From Tricharina praecox (taxonomy: Eukaryota), in assembly GCF_024521635.1 (NCBI RefSeq), contig NW_026250426.1, positions 310,001 through 374,000 on the forward strand: a stretch of DNA of 64,000 bases, given 5' to 3'. A program made the position numbers and the translations under genes. The notes beneath the pieces were generated by a model. It made no database searches. It was not told the DNA's origin and saw nothing but the letters and a program-made list of their open reading frames with translations. Below are positions 28,275 through 39,500 of the stretch, piece by piece; position 1 is the first letter of the stretch, and each line of letters opens with the position of its first letter.

Positions 28275-29132
28275 CTATTGATGGCAGCCCCTCTCGTGCC
28301 TCTTCATATTGCTTCGCACACTGAACGCCTTGCCGCAGCCGTGATGGGGACATTTGAACGGCTTCTCCCCGGTATGACTGTGGCTGTGAATCCGTAAACT
28401 GCTCGGTCTCGAGAACGCCTTGTTGCAGGTGGGGCAGATGTATCGGTCCTGCGATTGCGGGAACGAAGCGTGGGAAGCCGGCGACTGATGATGGTGGTGG
28501 TGCCACGGGTTCGAGCTCGAAGGTGGTGCCACAACCAGAGGCACCATCAGCTGCTGCTGCTTGCTGTACAGGTCGGCGTGTTGCGAGGGGTAGAAGTGGT
28601 GCTGCGCAGCATATGTTGTTTCTGTCGGTGATGGGTACATGGGCTTCTGGGCTGGAGGGTATGAGTTTCGGTGGCTGGCGTGGTGGTGGGCGGGTGCAGG
28701 GTAGTAATAGCTCGATGGCGATGCCGATGACATTGTGGGCGATGAGGTGGTACCGCCCTCAAAGACGGAATCGGGGCGCATCGGGGGTGTCGGTGGCAGG
28801 TTCCCCCGCGGAGGCTGGCTCTGCTGTCTATCGGTCGCTGCTGCTGCTGCACGGCTTGTGAGTCTATGCATCTCCCAGGACTGCGTTGGGGTCAGAGACG
28901 CACCATTCGGGTGGGGCTGGGCGATGTCCGCATACACCAGCAGCGTAGAGATCGAAGGCAGCGAGCATTTGGCGTTGTCCTCGACCGGTGGTGAGGGCGG
29001 TGGCGCTGGCGGACGCGAAGGGTAGGCATGTGGCTGTTGTGCGACATACTGGTGCACCGAACGTCCTCCATAGTGTTCCGATAGCGGCCGACCGCCGGCG
29101 GGGGAGTGGTGGACGATGCTCGGGAGGTTCAT
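28275..29132 (-). CDS. mtfA: C2H2 zinc-finger transcription factor, MtfA orthologue; probable 57-nt intron 28903-28847
   Basis: Two C-terminal fingers YICPTCNKAFSRPSSLRIHSHSHTGEKPFKCPHHGCGKAFSVRSNMKRHERGCH plus the upstream motifs SPPVED..CSLPSISTLL and LPPTPPMRP, which I recognise from Aspergillus MtfA. First ATG is at 29132; the ORF-track start at 29147 is a GTG. Confidence 0.88.
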   Translation of the reverse strand: MNLPSIVHHSPAGGRPLSEHYGGRSVHQYVAQQPHAYPSRPPAPPPSPPVEDNAKCSLPSISTLLVYADIAQPHPNGASLTPTQSWEMHRLTSRAAAAATDRQQSQPPRGNLPPTPPMRPDSVFEGGTTSSPTMSSASPSSYYYPAPAHHHASHRNSYPPAQKPMYPSPTETTYAAQHHFYPSQHADLYSKQQQLMVPLVVAPPSSSNPWHHHHHQSPASHASFPQSQDRYICPTCNKAFSRPSSLRIHSHSHTGEKPFKCPHHGCGKAFSVRSNMKRHERGCHQ

Positions 29133-29361
29133 GTTGCACTGCTGCACTGCTGTAGTTGTCGGAGATGGGGTTATTGTTGTTGTGTGGTTGTGGATTGTGG
29201 GTAGTGGGTGTGGTAGTGGCAGTGGCAGTGGCAGTGGTAGTAGTAGTAGTGGTTGTGGTTGTGGTTGTGGTTGTTGGTTGTGGTGGCGGAGGAAGATGAG
29301 ATGAAAGTTTCTCGGCCTCGCGGGATGACAGCGTCCTTAAGGTTGAAATTAAAGCGGGCAG

Positions 29362-29371
29362 TCTATATAAG
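29362..29371 (-). promoter_or_regulatory. Candidate TATA box of mtfA
   Basis: CTTATATAGA on the minus strand ~230 nt upstream of the ATG, followed by a pyrimidine/CA-rich leader. Confidence 0.45.
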
Positions 29372-30397
29372 GGTCCCCGTTCAAGAATGTCGACGGTCTA
29401 CCAAGTGACCAAGTGACTGGAATGGAGGATAATATTTATGCAAGCGGAGAGAACAAGCAAAGGAGGCGGTCGTGGGGGTATTTATTGGAGGACTTCTAAA
29501 TTATTGCAGGGGGGGTGTTTTGGTAGTGGTGGTGGTGGTGGTGGTGGTGGTGGTGGTGGTGGTGGGTGATGGTGGTGGTGGTGGAGGGTGGTGGTGGGCA
29601 AGGAAGAAATCCGGGCAACGGGCGAGGAAGTATGTATCTGTTCGGGATGATGCGAGTACGCAGTAGTAGTACCTGGTGACGGGGGGTCAACCGTTCTAGC
29701 TAACGCGGACATTTGGTCAGAGGAAGTGTGGAAGCGACACCCCTGGCAGTTCGGGGCGTACGCTTAGGGAAAAGAATGGCCCAAGGAGGGAAATCGACTA
29801 CGGAGGGGGGGGTGCGAGAGGGAGAGGGGGGCTGTCGACTGACGTCCGGATTGATGTGCTACTACTCTGATGATTTGCAGGGTGAGGTGGGGGAGGGGGG
29901 GCGGGCTGTTGGTTAGGTAGGTCGTGCTCCACCAGGCCGTACAAACGTATATAACCAACCCCTAATGAATGAACGAACGAAGCCCGACTGGGATGGGTGA
30001 TGGGAGGGGTGGTTTGGAGCAGGAACACAAGGCGATGCGAAGATGTACCGTACATACCTGGATACCTGGGTAGGGGAGAGACCGATGTGGTGACGTGACA
30101 AGAATGGAGCTCGGGTGGGCGTCTATCTGCTCTAAGCGGCTCGGGCAATATAGGGCAGCGCAGGGTGTGAAGGCCAATGGAACAAGATCGTACGGGAATT
30201 ACGCGGACGGGCTGGAAGGGAGGGAAGGAAGGAAGGAAGGCAGCGGGCCGCCAAGAGGGAAGTGATCGCCGGAGGGGATGATGCTGATGATGATTATGAT
30301 GATGGTGGTGGTGGTAGTGGTGGTAGCGGTGGTGGATGGAATCACAGGTAGCTCCAGGTATGGAAAGAAGGAGGACGAGCTCGAGAAGGAGGGAGAC

Positions 30398-30480
30398 GAG
30401 CACGAGGAGGAGCACGAGCACGAGGAGGAGCACGAGCACGAGGAGGAGCACGAGCACGAGGAGGAGCACGAGCACGAGCA
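30398..30480. repeat. 18-bp tandem repeat (GAGCACGAGGAGGAGCAC) x~4.5
   Basis: Directly visible. Confidence 0.85.
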
Positions 30481-33438
30481 AAAGCACGTTCACGAGCACG
30501 GGCAAAGCTGCGGTGGCGGAAGAGGAGCTGGAGCACTATGTACCACTCGACTCAGCTTCAGGGTCATGATTTCCCAAGCTTCGCATGCTTCCCAAGCATC
30601 TGCGGCCTCCTACTGGGTGGCGGCTCGAAATATCGGGATATCGAGTCACAGTAATCATTTCGAGCCCGTCTCAGATGGAACGAAACAACCCAAGGCTTTT
30701 TTTTCTTAACCGACCACTGTGTACGACCACCTTCCCCTCCTCCATAATTCCGGTATGTACGAATAACGTCTTTACACGCAGCTCGCAAAAGAGGAAAGGA
30801 AATGAAGACGGTGAGCGTGACGATGAGCATGAAACCCCCGGACGTCGGCTTCGACATCTGAATGCGGACAGACAGATCTCTCTGCTCCTCTGCTCCTCTG
30901 CCAACGTGCCGATACCCACCGCCCCGCCACGGTGGATAAAGTACTTACAGCATGTAAATGCATTGTACATACGGTAGTTGCAAATATTCCCCCGCCATGT
31001 CACCGTCACGGACCAAAGTAAGGTTAAAACGCTCTATCATAGCACGTAGCGCAGCAAACCGCCTCACCTTTGCACGCGGTACATATTCCAACTCCGGGTC
31101 TACTCTCAATGGTGATGATGATTTGTACATATCGATCTGAAATCTGCAAGTTGAGCCGTAACTAACCAAGTACCTATGCACGGCGGCAGCTAGTTGTTCT
31201 GCGGCGCCCAGGATACCTATGATCTATCTTTGTTTCCGGTTCGGATTCGGGGATCTCACTGCAGTTGGTGTATGTGATGTATGCACTCGTACATGAGAGT
31301 GATAGGTGAGGAGGAGGAGGAGGAGGATCCAGAGTGTATTCAGCGTTTGTGCGGCACCTATGTAGGTGATCTAGCCTTCGATGCGGTAACCATGGCAAGC
31401 CACTGACATCTATCCGCACCCAAGCGGCATAACATATCCTGTCCAGTCCAGTCTGCCGGCAACAACAACAACCACAGGTGACGATTGGATTGGATTGGAT
31501 TGGATTGGATGCGCGCTTTCGTCACTGCCCTTCGATCCGTCGGTACGGTATCCTCCCGCACAGTACAGGCGAAGCCCATGTGGGAAAGAGAAGATATATA
31601 TAAGGAGTTACGGTACATACAGCACCTATTCCATGAACCTTCCTTCCATCCTTCCCGTCGACTGCTGCTGCTGCTGGCGGGACAAGTCATGTACGATGCT
31701 CCCCCGTGCATTCAGTTGGCACAACGTCAACACGGCGCTGCAGGCAGGCAAGAGTACATAGAGTACACGATCCGAAGCTGGAGAGACAGCCCACCCAACA
31801 CAGGCCTAGATCGGGACGCGATGGAACTAACGCCCGGCCAGAGGGGCACACCGCAGAAAGAGGCCAGAGCAGCAGCAGCAGCGGGAAAAGGAAAGGGAAA
31901 AGGAAAACGGAAGAATGCCGAGAGATTGTATGCACATTTGTTCTGGTGCGGGAAATTGGTGGAAAACTTCACGGAGGGACATTCCGAGCATGCCTTTTTT
32001 CTTACGGTTGGGGGCGGGCAGAGCTGGTGGACGGATTGATGAATTGATGGTTGATGGATTGATGGATGGGCGGTGGACGGCGGGCAGTGGACGGATGAGT
32101 GAGTGCTGGATCGCTACATCACATTCTTTGACTGGCCACGACCACCACCACGACCACCACCACGGTCGTTGGGCTCACGTAGCGGCGGCAGCAGGAGTGG
32201 GATCTCCCGCCCTCCTTCCCTCCCTCTCGGGAATTCGTTTTCTCTGGCACCTGGCGATGGCATCCACCAAACGAAAATGCGGCCTCGGTTCGCAGGCAGT
32301 GTTGCACGCTCTCTCTCTGGGGGGGGGGAGGCGGGCAGCAGGTGAAGGCAAGCTCTGGGGGAGCCACGCAGGTCTGGCTGGTAAGTATTCCCATGTCACA
32401 TCGCAACAGACGAACCACGGCGATGGTGATGAGCAGGGGCCCAAGAAAGGCCCCAAGAAAGGCCTAAGTTGAGGGAGGGGGTGGAGGGCCCAGCAGCAGC
32501 AGGAGAAGAAGAAGAAGAAGCAAAAAAGCTTTTGAAGCCGCGCAGACTTTCTGAAACGCTAGACGATCTCAATCGGGTATAGTGACCGTGATTTGCCCGT
32601 AGTCGCGCCTGATATGATTGACGGACAGGGGGCCTGTCCGGTGGCTGCACTGGGAGATTTGGGGGGCTAAAACGTCCGCCGCCGCGTAGATCATATTCCG
32701 AAGGAGAACGCCGTCCGGGACGAACTCCAGAGGAAGAGAGCGACATCACTTCTCGGTAGCATTCCGGATTTCTGGCGGTTTTTTTTGTTTTTTTTGTTTC
32801 TTTTTTTTTTTTTTTTCTCTTTCGGTTTTTGGCCTGAGCACCCACCAGCCAGTGACCGGCTCGTTGGAATCTGGAAAATCGCGCCGGACAGGGTGATCGT
32901 GTGCTCGGCAGCTACGTACATACGTGCTGGCCGGGCCCGGTGGAGACCATCCATCCATCGCTGTGGGGTGGAGCGTGGAAGCTTGGAGCGTGGAAGCGTG
33001 GAGCGTGGAAGCGTGGAAGCGTCTCGAGTGTCACCGAGGTCTGGATTGCTCTCCATGCTCTTCCAGCACGGCCATGCGTGGGAACGTGGTAAGTACTCTC
33101 GCTGCTGAGTGGCCATGTTTTCCCCCGCGTCAGTCAGTCAGTTTTTTCTTTTCTTTTCTTTTGTTCTCTTTCTTTTCCAGAACTCGGATCAAGTGACCTT
33201 GTGAGCAGCTACAGGGCTAGTGGCTGACCGACCGAACCTGCTATGTACGCAAATCTCTTAACGCACCCACCCCAACACACGGTCTCACTTGCAGATCTCT
33301 GCCTATCTCCCCTCCCCACCACTCCTGCAATCAATTTTATTTATCGGATCTCTGATTGCTATCGCGTATGGGGCCGCGGGCAGTAGGAGAAGCAGGAGAC
33401 GCAGCAGCGGCCGCAGCAGCAGCAAGAGCAACAGCGGC

Positions 33439-33555
33439 AGCAGCAACAACAGCAACAACAGCAACAACAGCAACAACAGCAACAACAGCAACAACAGCAA
33501 CAACAGCAACAACAGCAGCAACAGCAACAACAGCAGCAACAGCAGCAACAGCAGC
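33439..33555. repeat. Compound CAG/CAA microsatellite, core (AGCAACAAC)n
   Basis: Directly visible; produces the poly-Leu and Ser/Asn ORFs of the ORF track. Confidence 0.9.
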
Positions 33556-36500
33556 ATCGTCGGTTTGCAGTTGGGAAATCCGCACCCGTTTACCTTTCGC
33601 TGCATCGTCGCTGTCATCGTTGTCGTCGTTGTCGTCGTTGTCGTCGTTGTCGTCATTTTCGTCGTCGCATATGATGACCCTCGCTGAGCGCGGCATTGTC
33701 ATTGTCATTGTCTTGTCATCATCGTCGTCGTCGTGGACGTCTTCCCTTCCGTATGATGTTGTTTCCCACCCCGTTCGCGTGGCGGCGGGCGACATGGGCT
33801 GACCTTCTGCATTGGCAGATCTACGGGCACATCCAGAGTGGTTAGAGCAGCAGCACTCCCTGGCGGGGATGACCTACGTCCGGCCCACCCGAGCTGTGAT
33901 CCCACCTCGCCTAAGCGTGCAGCACCATGAGAGTTGCACACCTCCCGATTGTGGACATGCAAACCGGTACATGTAGGTACGCACATGGTGGCTACGGCAG
34001 TTTCCACCACCGGTAGCCGACGATCATCTGGAAGCAGAGCAGGGCGGGATAATGGGGTGCGCCCCTCAAAAACCCTCGCCCAAACTCTACGCGACCGCTC
34101 TTCCTCGCTGCCTACATGCTCTACATACTCTACATACTCTACACGGCCAGTACGGTGCCCGTACATGCTCTGCTGCGTACGTATGTACCATACACGCTTA
34201 CACACTCACCACACCCCCAAATGCACTCATCGCCCGCAAACAGTGATGACAACCATCCCTCCCCCCGCCACCGGCCCGGCGCCCCACAGCTTGGGGCTTG
34301 AATGGCGCCGAAGTGCCACCGCGATGGGAGAACATGGAACCACCCTGTTCTTCACGAAGGAAGAAAAAAAAAAGACAACAACAACGAACGGTTTGGCCTC
34401 GGCAGCAGATGCCAACTGCGGAAATCAGTAAACTACTCTTCGGCCAGAATGTGTGTTCAAGCGAGAGTGACAGACGGTGCCTACGAATTCCTTCCTCTCG
34501 TCGTGTCCCGGCTTCACAGCACTTACATGCTAGCTAGGTGCAAGTACTTGCCTAGCTATGTACACGAATCTCTGCTTCCCCGTGCAGAACACGTATTAGC
34601 CACACCACGAGGCTCGGTGCAGCATAGTTAGTACGGCTGCTGCTGCTGCCGGTGATGTTCCTGCTGCTGCTGCTCCTGCGGTGGATCATTTATCCACCAG
34701 CCCGGCGCGCTTCGATTTGCCTCACTCTGCTTCATGCCCGAAGGTGAGCGGTGCCAGACTACGGTTGTGGCGTGACCCCGTGAGCAGTGCAAGCGGGGAG
34801 AAGGCTGGGGTGGATCCGAAGAGACTTGCCGTGGCTAGAGTAGACGCAGCGACGAGTCGCAGGCCCGACATCGGTAAAACCTTCTCAGCCGCCACCTTCC
34901 CTCTTGAAATCATTGAGCTCAACTACTGGTTAGCAGCATCGACTCTACTCCGACTACTTCACTTAGCTTCCGGTATTCTAGGATAGTGCGTTTCCGACGG
35001 CATCGTGTTTTCTCCGAGAGACACGGACCATGTCAAGGGACGATTGTCAACGTCAACCTAGCGACCCTTGCATAACCTCATGGCATTGCCAGTACAACCA
35101 AGCACTCACATAACCTCATGGGCATTTCCAGTACATACAACCAGGTGGTACTCACATACAGGCTTCATATGAAAGTGCATACTCACTCACTTATTTGCTT
35201 GTGTATGGGGGGTGTGATCCACATGGCTCGGATCCGACCACACGCTCTGTTCTTGCAACATGGCGGTTTCACCGAGCTAACTGGGAACCCCACACATCCT
35301 CAGGGCTCCACTGATGCTCCCAGCATGATGGCATGACTGCAATACCCCCATTCCGTGATTTAACCGGCCGGCTGGCTCGCTTTCGCTCTTACATTGCACG
35401 ACCGGCCCCAGGGTCCTGGCCAGTCGAGGTGATCTATTCCCGACGATCCGTTTCTTTGACCTGAGGACATTGCTCTAGAGTGTAGCGGAACCGAGCAACC
35501 ACATACGTACATACATGAGCATCAAACTAACCACCTACGGTGAGCTTCCACTGGATATTCCAGAACACTTGCTAGAAGCCCCCACGATGTGGGAGAGAAG
35601 GAAGGGAGGGAGGGGGGGCCCTGCAGGCGGACGGGCAGTCATAGCAGTCCTAGCAGCCAGCGCGCATGGAAGCTGTCGCACGGCCACCGTTCGATCGATT
35701 CGTATTGCTCGGTCGGATAAGTGGAGGGGCGGCGGCGTCCGAAGATGGCAATTGCCTGCTCCGACAGGAGGACATGCCCGTCGCAGCCGATTAGGAAGGC
35801 ATTGCAGCTGCCGTGCTCTCGTTCGCAGTCCACCTTGTACGCAGCAGCAGGTGTCGGTTGGGGGGAGAATCGGTCACAGGCCTGTCCCTGTCGCACGGTG
35901 TTCGGAGTTGGTACCTGTTGATGACGAGCTCGCAACTCCGGCCTGCCGACCACCTCAGTCCCGTTTACGCGTACATGTACCTGAGTCGGGACAGCAGGTG
36001 GGGGTTGGTGGGCGCTATGCACATGGCAGGCCCCATAATCCCGCCAGATTCAGCCAAATCTGCCTCCCCTCCCCCCTCCCCCGGTGGGCGGAATTTACCA
36101 CATCGAGGCGAATCGACCTCGTTCTGGATGCTTGGGATCGATAATTGGCACTTTATTCTCCGTCCTATTGGTTGCCTATAGCCTCCGAGAATTACCCTCC
36201 ATTCCCCCTTGGGACACCGGTAACGTCGCGATGGGATGCATACATAGCTCAGCAGTCAACTCCCCAACGCCTGAGGAATCTCCATGGCATGGAAACCAAA
36301 TTTAACGGCATTCTCCACCCCAAGGCAGATGATGCTCGCTTACAGGAAACCCCCATAGATTTGCTGCTTCGTATAGCGGTCCATGGCAGCGATGGGAGAT
36401 GCGGAACAAGCCAAATAGTATATTGGTAGGTACATACTACCTACCACTTATCTGGGTACTACATATAGCCCGGCGGGCCAAACTGTTGGTCGATACGTAT

Positions 36501-39500
36501 ATCCTTGAGAAGTTACATGTACATCATACATACGGGTTCATCTCGCCGCCATCCAGCAAGTTGAAGCCAGTGTCAGTGTTGTTACAGCCTGACGCCGGGA
36601 TCGGCGTCGAATGTGCTGTACTCTACGTACATGACATGGGTTGCAACAATTGCGGGCCGTGAGCAGACTGCCGCGCGACCTTGCATGAGTCGTGACAGTG
36701 CGATCCGCCGGTAGGCTGTAGCTCTCTCCCTGCAGCGGTTGGGTTGTGGGGGGTAGGTGTGCGTCTCCCTCGGCTCGATTAGAAGTACCTATTTGGTTGC
36801 ACGCAGTGCGCACTGTATGTATACTCTACATACATGTATGTACATGTAAGTACTGCTTGTACTTACTTACTCATGTATGTACATACACCACGTACTCATG
36901 TACTCATGTACACCACCATCACCACCACCACCACCACCACCACTACCACCACCACCACCACCACATGCTGCCAACAGCATCCATGCCTCCCTGCCATAAG
37001 GCTCATGATCGATGCGGAGCCGGAGCCGGAGCCGAAGCCACAAAACCAGAAAGGAGCCGACTCCCGCGCGGCCGAAACTGGCTAACTACATAAAGACGGC
37101 TGGGCCGGTGCGGCTTAAAAGCTTGTTTTGCATTCTGCATCTGCCTTGCCTACATACATAGGCCGGGGGGGAATCAGATGTACATTGTCATATGATGGAT
37201 GGATGGGGGGAGGGAAGCCGCAAATACCATTACCATCACCTCTTTCAAGTTTCGGTTTCGATTCATATTTCTCTCCTCCCGGATCGATCTTTTTTTTTTT
37301 CGCCCTCCGACGGTGTACTTTTGTTCAGTGTTGAGTCGGAACACAGCGCATCCGCTGCGTTTCCTTGACGGTTCAGGATACGGTAGTCATTCAATAGCGA
37401 CCAAGTCGATACCTACTATCATACTCTGACTACACCCAACCGCCCATGTGGCATGTATCTATCTTGATTCTTGATAACCAACCGCCATCCATCGAACCAC
37501 ATGGCACGGATCCGTCAAACCTCAGCCCTCAGGAGTTCGATTTTCCGCCGCGTGTGTGGCATGCATTCCTACTACCTAGATTAGGCTGATTTGTTTTGGT
37601 TTCTGAAGTAAAGTAGCATACCTAGCGGGCAACGTGTGCATTTACCTGTGTAAATAATCGATCGATGTGAAAAAAAGGAGAAGCTCGGACTTGAAGATAG
37701 GGCGGAGGGGGGTGGGAGGGAGTGGGAGTGATCCACTGCAGTTCAGTGATCGACAGGCACGGCACTCTACGTACGTACGCATGTCTGTAGGTAGGTACAC
37801 AGTCGTACACAGTCGACGAACACCGCCCGCCGCCGCCGGAAGCTGGCCCGTCCGTGTTTCGTTTCGTGGATTCTTCCGGTGGATGTATACGGAATACCCT
37901 GGGACGTGGGGGAGGGGGGCGTTTGCGGCTATTGTAGTGGAGTCCTACTACCTCCTCCTTAGCCCTACTCCTACAGGCAACCTACAGACAACCATCTACA
38001 AAAGATCTTACGACTCCCTCCAAGAAACTCAGCTCAGCTTCCGCGGCGGCCGGGACGGGCTAGCTGGTTAGCTGAGGAAATGGCAATACCGGTACCTACC
38101 ATATTAGCATGTGAAGCACCGAAGGCTGAAGCAGCCCTTTCTCGGAGCGGAGCTATTTATGGCTGGATGGATGATGGATCGCCTCAGCTGCCAGGTATGC
38201 AGAGTAGGTATGCAGAGTAGGTGCCAGGTGGGTGCCAGGTATGAAGGTAGGTAGGTGCCGGGTTGTGGTTCTCGTTGTGGAGATCATCATCGTCTTTGAC
38301 TCCCGGGGGGTGAGGAATCTACCTTCCCGGCTGTTCTCCTGCTTTCGCATTTTCGGCACGTAAAATCCGGCCGCTGCGGCGCTGGCCGTCGGTATGTACT
38401 CTACTCTACGTACTCTACATACTCTACGTACGTTCATCGCATCGACGATCAACACGCCCCAGCCCCAGCAGAAACGAAGCAAGCACGGAAGTATCCAAGT
38501 GCGAAGTACGAAGGGAAGGGAAGGGGAGGGAAAGGGACTCGACCGGGGCCGGGGGATTCGACCGGGGGACTGGCGACGGAGAAAGTGGATGTGGAGCCGG
38601 GGCTTGAAACATGAAGCAACACCACCACCACCACCACTACCCAACCCAGACACAGGCCCCAAAATCACCCATCGCCTCCAGCCGGAGGGGATGAGGGGAT
38701 GGGGGGATGGGGGGATGGGGGGATGGGGGGATGGGGGCGGAACTCGCTACGGACCTACGGTTCATGGGCCCATGAAGCAGCAGCGGCAGCAGCAGCACCA
38801 GCGGCGCCGGCGGAAAGGACCACGTTCGTATATACCGGACGGGTAAACCGTAGTACGAGCAGTAAGTATACATATATTGAACGGTCTGTGAGATACATAA
38901 TTCCGCTTACCAGTGGTAGGCCGCAGTTCGTTCGTGCGCGTGACTCCAGAATCCACTGTCCATACCGGTATTCCCGTGAAACGAGCAGATCGAATCCTCC
39001 ACCCATCCACCCACCCATCCACCCCCCGGCCGTTGATTGGCCGATTGGTTGATTGCTTGGTTGATTGGCTGGTTGATCGGTTTGGGATCTGCGTAAGCTG
39101 TCCAGTGCCCCAGCAGACGGCGCAGTGCAGTGGTGTGGGGGGATCGCACATCGAATATCGAATATCGAATATCGAATATATCCGGGTATTATGCGTTTCA
39201 CTAAACTGGCTCATGGCAAACATGGACCCCCAGAGATGGTAAGAGCTGGGAAGAGATGGTAGAGTTGGTAGGAGCTGGTATGCTAAGAGCTGGTAAGAGC
39301 TGCTGGTACTATACGTGCTCTACATAAGCTCATCTTCGGTGACGCCTCATTCCTTTTTCCGAATCCCGAATCGCGATGATACAAATACTCCGAGAGTCCG
39401 AGTAGCAGCAGCAGTAGTTGATCTATGTATTTCACTACCAACAAGTTACAATTTACAAGTTACAGGTGAATCCCGCCATCCCCCCATCCCGTCATCTTGC

